A stretch of 64,000 nt of DNA from Mobula hypostoma (Eukaryota), in the NCBI RefSeq assembly GCF_963921235.1, contig NC_086109.1, positions 14,076,001 to 14,140,000 on the forward strand. Reading direction: 5' to 3'. Made by a program: the position numbers and the translations under genes. Position 1 is the first letter of the stretch. Every line of letters begins with the position of its first letter. Below, one piece after another: positions 12,401-27,400 of this stretch. A model generated the notes under the pieces. That model had not been told where the DNA came from, did not search any database, and saw nothing but the letters and a program-made list of their open reading frames with translations.

Positions 12401-15400
12401 CCTTGCAGTTGGCCCAAGTCTCTGTCACCTTCCCTGTCCATGTACCTGTCCAAATGTCTTTTACCTTCCTCAATGCCTTTTTGTGGAGACTCATTCGACG
12501 TACACACCATCCTCTGTCACATTTTTTATGCCATGGACCAGTACCATTAAGTAAGGGGTTTGTGGACTCCAGATTGGGAACCACTGCTCTTTGTGAAGAC
12601 GTTCTCCCTCAGGTCTCTTTTAAATCTGTCCACACTCACTCTCACCTCAGACCTACAGTACGTCCTCTGAGTTTTAATTCCTTTTTCTTGGGAGAAAAAG
12701 GACTGTGTGCATCTATTCTGTCCAAGCCCCTCATGATCATATACATCTCTATGCAGTATCTCCTTAGTCTCCTGTGCTCCAAGGAATGAAGTCCTAGTCT
12801 GCCCAACTTCCCCCTATAACTTGCGCCCTCGAGTCCTGGGAGAGGCAGAAGATGGTCACGACAACCAGACGTCCAGCTAATGTTGGAGGGTGAGGAAGAG
12901 AAGAGAAAAGATACTTGTTACCCCAACTTAAAACCCTTGATTATAGTGATAACACACACCATGGTTCCCCAACTTTTGATTTAATCTGAAAGCCCACCCA
13001 CCCCCCCAGCAGCACTATCATTTTGTGTTCTTTTTGAATACCTTTGCTCATATGGGGAGCTATGACATTTAGTCTATTCATAAGCTATATCTGCAGAGAA
13101 TGGGTGAAAACCTGGATAGACTGAGCCTTTATACTGAGATTTTCACAGTAGGATATCCAAATATTATGATTCAATGCAATCAAGGTTGGCTTTATTCCCA
13201 TCCAAATTGTGTGTGAAGACATAAGCCTTGAATGCAATGTCCCTGAGCTGTGAGCAAGGTCAGTAATATACCACATCCTCAGGAAACTCTTTGAATTTCA
13301 AGAAACTTACATGAGTTGCTGGTTTTTATTTTATTTATCTGTGATAACTTTTGGTTGTCAGCAGTTTATCCTTACAGCTTCTGAGAATGAGCCACCTTCT
13401 GCAACTGTTGCAATCCTTCTGGCCAAGGTGTGCCCATTCCAAATGGAAAGAGAGTTCCGGGGTTTAGACACAACAATGATGAAGGATCGAATGTTGTATT
13501 TCCAAATTAGGAAGGCCTGTGGTTCAGATGCTGCCATTTTCTCTTTATCTGCAACCCCTCTTGGTGGTCGAAGTCACGGGTTTAGGAGGGGCTGTCAAAG
13601 GAGCCTTGCAGGGTGGCCAGAGTACATATTGTAGGTAGCATTCACTGCAGCTGCCTGAGAGGATCTTGACCCAGCTTGAGTGATGTTGCGTTACTTGAGT
13701 GTGATTGGAGCCACACCCTCCCCTTCAGGTTTTGGGCGAGCATTCCATTGTCCGGATGCTTCCACTTTTCCTGTGAACTCCCAAGGTCTGCTCCTTTCTG
13801 ACTGATGCAAATCACTTGTTGCCACAAGTTTTGTGCCCAAAGAATAAGGCGTGACCTGGGAAAGGAAAAGGTTGACCATCATCTGTTGACTGACAGGACG
13901 AGTCATGATCCTTTGGGATCCCAGCCACTGCCCTTCATGGCTTGCAGCTGTCAGGCAAGTTTTGATGCTGAGTTGGCTCCAGTCATTTCCAGTGTCCCTA
14001 GCAATATGACGTGCAGAGAACTCCGCTCGCCATCCACCTCGCCCCTCATCAGGACATGCCACCATGGACTCTTTACAAAGACATGTGGTCAGGTACTTGG
14101 AACATCTATTTTCCCTTTGACCGTGTGGCTAAGTACAGCCCCAACACCATATTCAGGTTTGCTGATGTCACCTTTGTTGGGCTGTGTCAAATATGGTAAT
14201 GAATCAGCATACGAGAGGGAGATTGAAAATTTGGCTGAGTGGTGTCATAACAACAACCTCTCACTCAATGTCAGCCAGATCCAGGAGAGGGAAACCAGAG
14301 GTCCATGAGCCTAGAAAGCAGCTATCATCCTGACGAAGGGTCTCGGTCCGAAACGTCAACTGTACTTCTTCCTAAAGATGCTGCCCGGCCTGCTGCGTTC
14401 CACCAGCATTTTGTGTGTCTTGCATCCATCATCAGAGATCCTCACCACCCAGGCCATGCACTTTTCTCGCTGCTGCCATCAGGTAGAAGGTACAAGTGCC
14501 TCAGGACTTACAGCACCAGAGTCAAGACATTTACTACCCCTCAACTATCAGGCTCTTGAATAAAAGAGGATAACTATACTCATTGATTGAGATGTTCCCG
14601 TAACCAATTATCTCATTTTAAGGACTCTTTATCTTGTTATTTCAAGTTCTCGGTATTTATTGCTATTTACTTATAGTTACATTTGCACAGTTTGTTGTCT
14701 TCTAAGCTCTTGCTGTTTTATTGATCCTGTTTACAGTTACCATTCTATAGATTTGCTGAGAATGCCCGCAGGAAAAAGAATCCCAGGGTTGTATGTGGTG
14801 ACATGTATGTACTCAGATAATAAACTTTACTTTGAACCTTGAACCAGATTTGTAACATCTTCCCCCTCTCTGCCCCTTCATCTCGGAGAAGTTTAATGCA
14901 TCAGGGAATGTCTGGAACAGGGTCTCCCAACCTTTTTTATGCCATGGACCAATACCATTAAGCAAGGGCTCTGTGGACCCCAGGCTGGGAACCCCTGATC
15001 TAGAATTATAGAGAAATTCACCTCAGAAACAGACCTTTCAATGCATTTACTCTAATCCTACATCAACTCCTTTATTTATTCTTCCACATAGTCCACAGGT
15101 TCTTCCCTTGGCGCACACAATAGGGAAAAATTACAGTGGCCAATTAACTTATTACCCTGGTGTAGGAGGATATAGGAGGAAAATTCACATGGTTATAGAG
15201 TGAACCTGCAAAGTCCTCACAGACAGCACCAGACATTGTGATTGATCTGGTGTCTACTAGCTGCATGATTGTAATTTATGTCCAGTAGTTCTCTAACTGG
15301 TTGTCCCTTTCGCTCTTCTGCAGTTATGCCAAATATTGAGAAGTTACTGTCCAACGACTGGAAAGACAAGTTGCTGGAAAAGTGTTCACTGAACAGCAAA

Positions 15401-18400
15401 GATATCAAAGGTACAACGTCAGTGCTCGTGCTACACCTTCCTGTTGCAGTGGGCTGTCTGTTTCTCTCTAGCCTCCGCAATTTAACTGACTGCAATCTCC
15501 ACACCTTGCGTTGTCCCTCCTGTGGATGTGTCAGACGACTGCTTTTGAATAGCCGAAATCGACTGCTGGTTAGCAACGCGGTATCCCGGGAAAGCCTGGG
15601 ATTTCTCATTGCACATGAAAACAGAAGGAGCTTTTCATTTGTTAAGCAAATGGTCGAATTCACAGCACAGCAGGCAGCATCAGAAGTGAGGTGTTGTCGT
15701 TGAAATCTTGGTGACAAATGCAGAGCGTGGTCAGAGTTTGTGCAGGGAAACTTGTAATATCCAGACACACCGAACACTCTCGTGCTTGTGTCTTGTGTAC
15801 ATGATCCAAGTATTTTCCACCCACTGCACACTTTTGGGTAGTAATTAAACTTCAGAGTCTCCCATTGAAAGCCCATGCTAATCTTGGGGTGTAAGCCATG
15901 TTGGTTAAGTTAATGAGGATTGACTGACTTTACCCACTGTTAAAATGATGGCTGATTCAGGTTAATCAAGTTAAGGGGCATAACGTTTGTTTGATGCCTG
16001 ACTTGTCTTCAGGAAACATTGTGCCTGCAGTTGTAAACCTTTCCATAACCTGAGCTAAGATGGAATCCATAGCCATTCCACCAAATGAAGAGATGTCTGT
16101 CAGAACTCAGAGTTTAAACTGTAGATACATCGGGATGGCAAAGGTCTTGATCACCTAATGCAAAAGCAGTGTTATGAGCTCGTCATGAATAATTATGACT
16201 CATTAAGCAGTTGTAAACCTAAAATGGGTCATTTAACTGGGAATTTCAGGCCAAACTCATTTTAAAGACAGAGGTACTTATGTAAATATGATGGGGACAG
16301 GAATCTCACAAGTACAATTCACAGCAGATAGGCTAAAACAGATGGTCCTTCCTGGGCAAGCTAAAACTGTTTAGCAAAAATAACCTGAAGTGATGAATAA
16401 AATTACTGTTTTAAAACAATGTCAATATTATTGGAGATAAACTTCTAAATGAAACCACATCAGTGGGAACACTGGCTTAGAGCTGGGTAACTTTCAAATG
16501 GGTGCTTCTTTATTAAAAATCATTCTGGCAAGCTTCTGTGCTCTCCATAGTAGTTTTTTTTTCTGACTAAATTAGTATCTGTTTTTGGACTGGCCAGGAA
16601 CGGCAGAGAGTCTGGCGGAGAAGGAGCTGCAGCTGCTGGTGATGATAAACCAGCTGTCTAGCCTCCGGGAGCAACTACTGACGGCTCACGCTGAGCAGAA
16701 GAACATGGCAGCCATGTTGTTTGAGAAGCAGCAGCAGCAAATGGAACTAGCCAGGCAGCAGCAAGAGCAGGTAAATGAAAGACAGCCACAGGAGAGCGAG
16801 GTCAACAAGGGTGTGGTCGATGTCTGAATTGAAGCTGAGGCTCTGGTGAGGGTTCTTCAACCTTGAAACATCGACCTGTTTCTCCTCCCATCAATGCTAC
16901 TTGATCTGCTGAGTTCTTCCAGCAGATTCTGATTTTGTTTCAGATTTACAGCATCTGCACAGTGCCGCAGTGGGTAGGGCTGCTGCCTCACGGTGCCAGA
17001 GAGCCGGGTTCGATCCTGACCTCTGATGTTCCCGATGTGGAGTCCACACAGTCTCTTGTGAACACGGGGCATTTCCTCCACCTTCTCTAATTTCCTCTCA
17101 CATCCCAAAGATGGGCAGGTTTTTGGGATAATTAGTCAGGGTACAGTGTCTCGCGGTTAGATGGATGGTAAAATTTTGAGGGAACAAGGATGGGAATGAA
17201 AGGAAAATAGGCTATGGGGAACGCAAACACTTCTGTTAATGCCCCTCTGCCCCGACTTACCCCATCCCTATTTATTTATTTATTTATTTATTTATCTCTT
17301 TCCCCCTCACAATAACTCCTTGCCTGTTCTCCATCTTCCTCTGGTGCTCCCCTTCCCCTTTCTTTCTTCCAAGGCCTTCCGTCCGATGATCATAGTCATA
17401 GTCATACTTTATTGATCCCGGGGGAAATTGATACTCCCCCCTTCTCCAGCCTTGTATCCCTTTTTCCAATCAACTTCCCAGCTCTTGGCTTCATCCGTCC
17501 CCCTCCTGTCTTCTCCTATTATTTCGGATCTCCCCCTCCCCCTCCCACTTTTGAATCTCTTACTAGCTCTTCTTTCAGTTAGTCCTGGCGAAGGGTCCTG
17601 ACCCGAAACGTCGACTGTACCTCTTCCTATAGGTGCTGCCTGCCCTGCTGCATTCCACCAGCATTTTGTATGTGTTGCCTGGGTTATGGGGAAAGTCGGT
17701 GAACCTTGTGATCTGCTACGGGCTCGGTGCTCTACAGACACCAGCTAAATAAAATTGGAGAAGAGTAGGCCACTTGGTCCCTCTAACCCATCCTATCTTT
17801 CAATTTTAGTAAGAGCATCAAAGTTTACGGGGAGAAAGCTGGAGAATGGAGATGAGGAGAATAGTAAGTGAGCCGTAATGGAGTGACTGAGGAGACTCAA
17901 CAGGCTGAATGGCCTAATTCTTCTTCCGTGTTTTTTGGTCTTATGAACATCTGCCCTGTGTCTCAGGTTTATTAACACTGACATAAATTGTGAAGTTTGT
18001 TGTTTTGTGGCAGCAGGAGAGTGCAAGACGTAAAAATACTATAAGTTACAATTAAAAATGAGTGCAAACGAGGAATAGTGAGGTAGTGTCCGTGGATTCC
18101 CGGACCATTCTTGTTGTGTTCTGTGTTGCTCTGCCAAGCAATGTTGGGCGTGCTGTGTTGGTGCCAGCGTGTATGGCGGCACTTAGGTATGTTGGTTGTT
18201 GACACAAATGGTGCATTTCACTCTATACTTTGACGTACATGTGATAAGTAAATTTGAATCGTGAATCTTCGGAAATCTGATACTGGAGGTGAAGAGGCTG
18301 TTCGTAGAACTTTGAGTGTGCATCTTCAGGCTCTTGTACCTCCTCCCTGCTGGTAGTAATGAGAAGAGATGATGTCCTGGGGATTGAAGGTCCTTGATGA

Positions 18401-21400
18401 TGGATGCTGCCTTCTTGTCCCATCTCTTGAAGACTGCCTTTAGTTTATTAATGTCACATATACCAAGATACATTGGACAGCTTGTCTTGCATACTGTTGA
18501 GGTAAAATCATTACACAGTGCCTTGAGCAAGAAAAAAAGTGACATAATAACAATGCAAGTAAACTGTAGATACTACTTGTGCAGATGGAATTGGCTGACT
18601 CTAGGCTGGACCCCCCTCTTTTTGAAGGGGGGAGGAAGGTGTTTTTCCAAGGGAAAAAGGAGCCTGGTTTACTAGCGTCATTCAGGAAATAAGGCCTCTA
18701 GTCCTCATCTATTCTGGCCCCCACAGAATCCGCAAAGGCTTGTACTTCCTTGGTCAGAATCCCACAGCAGATTTTTGAAGTGACACGCAGGTTCTCCTGA
18801 GTATCCTGCTAGTGTATATGCCTCAACCAACTTTGCTAAACCGTTGAGAGGTAAAATCTCAATTTTTTTCCTCCATCACAGATCGCCAGGCAACAGCAGC
18901 AACTCATCCAACAGCAGCACAAGATTAACCTTCTCCAGCAGCAGATTCAGGTAAGAGACCAGCTAGTAACTGCTTGACGCAAGAGTCCCCGAGAAACTGC
19001 TGAATGGGCATCTCGTTTAGGCTTCCACACACCTTTTGTACCTCCCAGCACTCTAGACAATGGAAGTCGCAGAACCCTGGGCACCCGTCCACAAACTCTG
19101 GTCCTGCAGCCAGACAGTCCCTGCATGGAACATGCAGGTAATGCTTCTGTATGTTGCAAGCTGGAATCTATAGTCTGATGAGCCTCTTGACCACAAATTT
19201 TAGGGTTTCCAGTTCCCTTAGTTTTCAGCCTCCTGTCCATTTGATCTAATGCACAGCCATTGTTCATCTGTTACTTAAAGTTGCCACAGTTGTGGATAAG
19301 GTGGTTAAGAAGGCATATGTTAGCCTTCATTGGTCAGGGGATTGAGTTCAAGAGCCACGAGGTAATTTGCAGATCTATAAAACTCCGGTTAGCCCACACT
19401 TGGGCTATTGTGTTCAGTTCTAGTCACTTCATTATAGGAAGAGTGTGGAAGCTTTAGAGAGAGACTTACCGGGGTGCTGCCTGGATTAGAGAGCATGTTT
19501 TATGTGGAAAGGCTGAGAGACCTAGGTCTTTTCTCTTTGGAGTGAAGGAGGATGAGCTACACCTTGAAAGGTAATAATTGGTGTAGATAGAGTTCCTTTT
19601 TCTGGGGTGGAGATCGCTAATACCAGATAACATCCTTTTAACTTGAGTGGAGGAAAGTTTAGGGGAGATGTCAGAGGCAGGTTTTTTACATAAGGTAAGT
19701 GCCTAGAATGCACTGCTGGGGATGATGGTCAAGGCTGATACGTTAGAGACATTGATGAGACTTTTAGATATGCACATGGGTGAAAGAAAAGTGGAGGGTT
19801 ATGGGCTGTGTAGGAGTGAGAGATTATCATGGAGTAGGCCCATACCATGTTCTACGAGACTTCCTTTCGATTTGCTTCAGGATCCGTTGTTGAGAGAGAG
19901 CTAAATAAAGTCAAAGATCACTTAACCGCCACCAGATCATCTACCAACTCTACAATGAAATATAGGGCTGTACTACTTTCCCTGGTAGATCTTGCTGAGT
20001 TCTTGCACCCTGGGATTATCTGATGCTCGTGGCATTAATGCTACCTGTGATTTGATACTTACAAAGAGTTGCCAATAAAGAGTTACTTCTAACTTTCCAA
20101 TCTGAACCATTTAATCAAGACCACTTCACTCTATGATGAGATACCAATCAGGTGTCACGTACACAGAATGCTGGAGGAACTCAGCAGGCCAGGCAGCATC
20201 TATGAAAAAGAGTAAACAGTCGACGTTCTGGTCCGAGACCCTTCATCAGGACTGGAAAGGAAGGGAAGAAGTCAAAGTAAGAAGGTAGGGGGAGGGAATG
20301 AAGTACAAGGTGACAGGTGACAGTTGAAACTGGGAGAGACAGTGGGGGTGAAGTAAAGAGCTGGGAAGTTGATTGATGAACGAGATAAAGGGCTGGAGGA
20401 GGGGAATCTGAGAGGAGACGATAGAAGACCTTAGAAAAAAGGGAAGGGGCAGGAGCACCAGACGGAGGGGATAACGTGAGAGAGGGCCTGCTGAGTTCCT
20501 CCAGAATTTAGTGTGTGTTGCATCCGCAGATTCTCCCGTGTTTCTGATCCATCAAGTGACCTGTGTTAAAGAATTCTGTACAATAACAGAATCAGGATCA
20601 GGGTTATTATCACTGAAATTTGTTGTTTAGCAGCAGCAGGAGAGAGCAATACACAAAAATGGAATACACAGTACTGTGCAAAAATCAGGCACGTGCACAG
20701 GCGGGGAGCTGAAGATTTTTGCACAGTATTGTGAGTAATTTTATCTATTGCATTGTACCGCTGTTGCAAAAAAAAACAAATTTCATGACATAAATGAGTG
20801 ATAATAACCCTGATTCTGATGTGGGTCTCTATTGTGGACTGAGAGTGGGAAGGGAGAGTGGATTCATGGTTGGGAAAGGGGAGGGAGAAGGAAGCACCAG
20901 AGAGACATTCTGTTATGCTCAATAAACCAATTGTTTGGAATCAAATTACCTTGCCTGGTCTCTCATGGCTAGGTGTGTCTGTACCCATGCCACACCCTCC
21001 CCCTCCCCCCCAGCACTCCTCTGCCACCTGTCCCACACCCCTCCCACGGAGCTTCACCCTGGCCATTCCCAACATCCTTTGCTCCCACTGGATTTATAAA
21101 CTCGCTCTCCGCTCCACGTTGACAAATACATTACTGTGCAAAAGTTTTAGGCAGCCTAGCTATATATACACGCCGAAGACTTTTGCACAGTACTGTATGT
21201 ATATATAAGTTCAATTCAATTAGTTCTGAAAAAGGAGAGCAAAAATAGTGAGATAGTATTAATTGTGCTGTCATAGTAATGAGCTGGTAATCCAGTTGAC
21301 CAAGTGAATGGGTGTCAAATCCCATCACGGCAAATTTAAATGCAGTTAACCAGCGAAACTAGGAATGGAAAGCAAGTCTTGGCAGCCCTGGTCCTACAAC

Positions 21401-24400
21401 CATTGGTTTGTCATACGAACTTCCCTGATTCCCTAGTGATCATTCGGGGAGAAGAAAAGTCAGTTTTAACCATGTCTTCCACCAGAAACCAGGACCCCAC
21501 CTGCACCTTCCACCATTCAATAACATTCTGACTGATCTGAATTTGGACTCATTTTCCCTCGAGTGCAAATCTGAGCAAGGCTAATTTTGACCTGAAGTAC
21601 CACGCAGGCAGGATCATCAAGGACAAACCCCGCCCTATGGATGGAGAAAATGGATACTCTTGTCCGTGTGGCACCATTCTGTCGGTGAACACAGCAGAAC
21701 CAATACTTTCTTTAGCTGTGATGTGATGTTTGGTGCTTCCTGCTAAGATGATTATAGACTTCAGAAATGTAGTTTTTCAGTATTTTATCAACAGTGGCAT
21801 TGATTATTGTGTAACTTTATTGCAAAATTATTAGTTGCAATATATTTACAATTTAATTAAACATGGAATATCTTGCCTTTCAGCAAGTTAACCTGCCTTT
21901 TGTGATGATCCCAGCCTTCCCTCATAGTCCTCAGCCTCTCCCTGTCACCAGTGATCCCCAGATGGGTCTCCCAATGCAGCCAGGGCTTTCCTGTAAGCCA
22001 GGTAAGTAGCTTCTGATCTCGTGTGGAGCTGTTGGTTTAACAGAGGCCTGACACTAGTAGGTAATCTCCATTGAGAATGGATGTTCAGCCGTCTAATCAA
22101 TAATTGTACTGTACATGACTGTTGCTGCGTGAAACTGAGGCAGGTACTGTAACTGAGTAAGGCTCCAGGATCATCCCATCTAGAATATTGTGTTCAGTTC
22201 TGAGTACTCAAGAGAAATGAGGATATGGAGGATGTTGTCTTTGCTGATGGTTTTTAAGTTTAAAAAGATTGAACTAGGCAAAGCAACACACACAAAATCT
22301 GCAGACTTTCTCATGTTTGTGCAACTAGGCTAAGATTATATCCTTTGGAACATACAGTAAAGTCAGTTGTATGAAGTTTTTACACACACACACACACACA
22401 CGTCTTTTTGCATAGTAAATTGCTTCGAAGGCATTGACAGGACACCACTAACCAAGCATTGAGAACAAAGAAAGGTGAGCAGATGGGTTTTGAAGGGTGG
22501 GATGGTGAGTCAGGAGTCGGAGGTGGTTCTATATTAATCTATCATCATTATGCACCGTGTTGTATAACGTGGGCAAACAGATCTTTCCATGACCATGATT
22601 GTTTTTGGCAAATTTTTCTGCAGAAGTGGTTTGCCATTGCCGCCTTCTGGGCAGTGTCTTTACAAGACGGGTCACCCCAACCGTTATCAATACACTTCAG
22701 AGATTGTCTGCCTGGCATAACCAGGACTTGTGATGTGCACTGGCTGCTCGTACGGCCATCCACCACCTGCTCCCATGGCTTCATGGACCCTGATCGGTGG
22801 GGGGGGGGGGCTAAGCAAGTGATACACTTTGCCTCAGAGTAACCTGCAGGCTAGCGGGAAAGCACCTTACATCTCCTTTGGTAGAGACATACATCTACCC
22901 CACCACACAATACTAATCCTATTGACCAATTCTTGGTTGAAGCCTTCTATGCCTTGGAATTTCATGTACTGATATAGAAAGAAGCTCATGAAATTCAGTG
23001 AAACACACCTAGACAGTGCATTCCAGAGTCCAAGTACCCTTTATGTGATACGAAATCCACCTCAGATTCCTTCCTCATTTACAGGAAGAGGTTTCCTACT
23101 GTCTGTCCTATCTATCTATGCCCATGATAATTTTGTATACCTGGCAGCTAATGAATGGAAGTGGTAGGGAGCTAGAGTCCTTTTTGTTGGGGACGGACGT
23201 AGCCCAGCATTTCCATGGTACAGAAGTAATTTGTCACTTCTCAGCCCGGGCTTAAATGTGGTTCGATATGCCAAAACCTGGCTGGAGCACGTTCTCTCAT
23301 CTCTGGCCTTTTGTACATCCCCTATATCCTATAGCAACCCAAGTCCCATCCTGCCTCCTTGCCCCTCATTCTTGCCTGTTAAAACCAATCTGCTCAATCT
23401 GTTCTCAGTACTTGGTTAGTGGTGATCCTGTGGGCACCCCTGGAGTGATGTACTATGCAAAAAGTGTGTGTGTGTGCATGCATGTGTATGTAGGTGTGTG
23501 TTTGTGCGCTTGTGTGTGTGTGTATAAACATTTGAGGACTTTGTCACCTTTGTCACAGTGAGAATAAAAACAGAAAACGCTGGGAATATTTGGCAGGTCA
23601 GATCACAGTGTTAAGAGGAGTTACTGTCTCAAGTCAAAGACCTTCATCCGAATAAAACCTAGTTGTAGGAGCCATGTATCTGTATTGTATTTGGTGTTGT
23701 GTGTTTATTATGGGTAATCTGTCACGTGGTTGGGGCATGGTAGAATCGAACGAGTACAGTTTCGAATTCACGCTTTGTGTAAGTTAGTTGATTCAGTTTA
23801 GCTTGAGGGAGTGAGCGGGGCATGATATTTTTTGTTGACCATTTATTTTGCAAATTACACTAATTTGAACACTAGTTACTCTTATTTCTCTATATCGCTA
23901 GTTTTAGTTTCATGAGTTTTTATCGCTGCAAGATCGCTCATATTTGTTGGTTTCGTAATAAAGCATCGAATGTACTTTTTTTTGACTTGAAACTCAGTTA
24001 CTTGAAAGCAGGTCACACAGTATCAATTCCCACACCCGTTCTCTCAGTGGTTTTGGTTTATTTTCAAGTAATCACTACACTAGTTAAACCAGCATAAAAC
24101 TGATGGGCAAAGGATATCAGGCCAGAACTAACGTCCGTTCCATAGGGGCATAGATAGGGTAAATGTGCACAGTCTTTTCCCCAGTGTAAGGGAATCAAGA
24201 ACTGGAATACACAGGTTTAGGGAGAGAGGGGAGAGATTTGATAGGAACCTGTGGGATAACTTTTTTTTAACCTAGAGGGTGTTCCATACATGGAATGTGG
24301 TTCCAGAAGAATTGGTTCAGGCAGATATGTTAATACTTAAAAGATACTTGGACAGGTACATGGATAGGAAGGTTTAGAAAAGGGGTTCCCAATATTTATT

Positions 24401-27400
24401 ATGCCATGGATCTTTATCATTAACTGAGGACCCCAGGTTAGTAACCTGGGGTCCCAGTAACCAGGGTTCCCATTTAAACTCCATTTTTCCTATATTCTTA
24501 GAAGAATATAGGACAAGTGAAGTTTAAATGGGAACCCTGGTTAGCATGGACTATTTGGGTCAAAGGGACAGTTTTCGAACTATATGACTCTGTGTCTCAA
24601 TCCCCCACTTCCTCCAACTCTGCCCTGATGGCCACAGAATGATTTATAGTGCCCCCCCCACCCCACCATGAGCCAGAAGATAAAACATTGGGGGTGGGGC
24701 GGAACAGAAGACTTTACAAGTCTTCAGCTTATCTGAAGTGTGTATTAACTCCCTTCATTAACAGATTGGCCAAACGTTCAAAATCTCCACATTTCCATTT
24801 TACCAGCCACTTTACAGTCACTGGATATGCCACGGCTCTGTTTTATTCTCCTAAGCGAATGTTTGGAGATTACAGAGCTCACTTGATGGTGGAATTGAGT
24901 CGGTGGGTATGGTGTAAACTACAGAGGTTGGGGGGGTTGGCTTTGCTCAGAAAGGTTTCACTTGGTGTCTTCAAAAGTGGAGAGAATTGAAGACAGAATG
25001 CAGAGCTGATGAAGTTTTTATTTTAACGTTTGATTGTCTGGGGTCTCCATCACTTGTTTAGGCAAGTTCTAATTTTCGATTTGATTTTTTTTCCCCCTCC
25101 ACCTGCCAGGTGACTATAACATGCAGTTGTTGCCAACTCCCCCTGGAGCCAGGAGGACGCCAGGGCCGAGCCCTGCACACTCTCAGGTAAGTGAGGCAGG
25201 GAATTAGAATCCCGTTTATTGTCACTGACATGTGTCATAACATTTATTGTTTTGCAGGAGGTGTACAGAGCAAGGAATTAAAAAATTTTAAAATGCAATG
25301 AGAAATGAAGTAAGTAAATAGTGCAAAAGAGATGTTGTTCATCAGTTCGTGGACCATTCAGAAATCGGATGGCGAAGCTGTGCCTAAAACATTGAGTGTG
25401 TGTCTTCAGGCTTCTGTATCTCCTCTTTGACAGCAGAAGTAAGAAGAGGGCATGTCCTCCATGGTGAGGGTACTTATGACAGATGCTGCCGCCTTGATGT
25501 ACCTCCTTTCGAAGATGTCCTCAATGATAGGGAGGCTTGTGCCGTGATGGAACCGGCTGAGACCACAACTCCTTGCTGCCTCTTCCAATCCAGTGCATTG
25601 GAACCTCCATACCAGACAGTGATGCAACCAGTCAGAATGCTCTCCATAGTATGGCTGTAGAAATCTGCTAGAGTGGCCTCAAACTCCTAATGAAGACTCA
25701 CCACAGGCCTCCTGTCTTTATGATGGAATCACCATGTTGGCCCCAGGATAGATCATCTGAAATGCTGACGCCCAGGAACTCGAAGCTGCTCACACTTGCT
25801 ACTGCTGACTACTTAATGAAGATTGGTGTGTGCTCCCCTTCCCAAATTCCACAATCTACCAGGCCTCGGACTCCAGATTCGCCGAGTCACGTACCGAGAG
25901 GCTCTCTGGCCCGCAAGGACCTCCAGTCCCGGGAACTGCCGACCTGGGAGGGTCTCGCCGGACTAGGGTGTTACCAGTCCTTCTTCTCATTGGTCTTCGA
26001 CCGCAGTGCTCATCAGCTCGATACCTGTCCGTGGATGTCCTTCCTCACACGTCCACCTCACACCGGCCTGCAAACTCTAAGCGCAGAGTGGAAGCCGAGA
26101 TTCTGCCCGAACCTCTACTGCCTCCACATCTCTGCCTAAACCCAAACCTGACCCCAAATTCTCCTGTCATTTCCCGAAACCATCGCTAGGATCCTAAAAA
26201 AAAAACACCCAAGTCTGAGCCTCAACCTTGACGTAGACCACACCTCGGCGCCATCTTGACTGACCTGTGTGAAAGGATTATTCTAATCTGACTGCTTTAT
26301 TCATCCTTCCCTTGCCCAACCTTCTTGGTAAGGAGCATGAATGCTGGTAATCTCTTTCATTGATTGAAGCTCTATCTGTCCCTTTATTATGACCCAACTA
26401 CCAACGGTACTCGGCACTAGCAGAGTGACTAATGAAAAGCTGCACCAACAAGCAGCCTTCCAGAGGAACTCAAGGGGTCATGTGGCATCTGTGGGGCAGC
26501 AAGAACTGTCGATGCTTCAGATTGAAAATCTGCTCCAGGCTTTGACCTAATTCCCTTTCCCCACAGATGCTGCTCGACCCACTGAGTTCCTCCAGGAGAC
26601 TGTTTGTCGCTTCAGATTCTACCAGCTCCGCTCGGCTTTTGAGCATCCGTTGAGAGTGGGGGACAATGAGTAACTTGACATTGGTTTGAAAATCTGATCT
26701 TTCCTCCTTAATTCCTCCTGGCTTTAGGAGGAAGCATCCCAGCCACTGAATCTGACCGCCAAGTCTAAAGGAGGAGACGTTTCAAAGTCTCCGTCACCTC
26801 CACAGGCTAAACACAGGAGAGGTCCCTCACCTTCCAACTTCGCAGTCGCATCGGAGCTGCAACCGAGCACACCGTCATCCTTGTTAACCAGAGGTAACTT
26901 GCTTTCAACCTTCTGATTCTGCTGGTCTGGAGGAAGGCATATTTTATTAAATTAGATTAGATTAGATTGGTTATATCTGCATCGGCAGCTACAGTGAAAT
27001 GTGTTAAATCAGCGAGGATTGTACTGGACAGCCCGCAAGGGTTGTCGCACTTTTGGTGCTAAAAATATGCCCACAACTCACTGACCCGAACCGCACGTCT
27101 GTAACGTGGGAGAAAACCGGCACACCCGGAGGAAACCCAGGCCTGCAATCACAAGGAGAACGTGCAAACTCTTTACTGGCAGTGGTGGGAATTGAGCCCC
27201 AATCGTTGATCACCGGTTAGCGCTGTAAAACGTTGTGCTGTTACGCTACTGTGCCTATAGCACAGTAAGAGCATATTAATATTTATTCTGTTACCTGTAA
27301 CTTTTTTGCTGCTTGAAGATTCAGCCAAATGCTTTAGATCTGAAGAATCGCCTGTGGATCATAGAATCCTAGAGGCCGCCACATCCATAACTATAATAGC

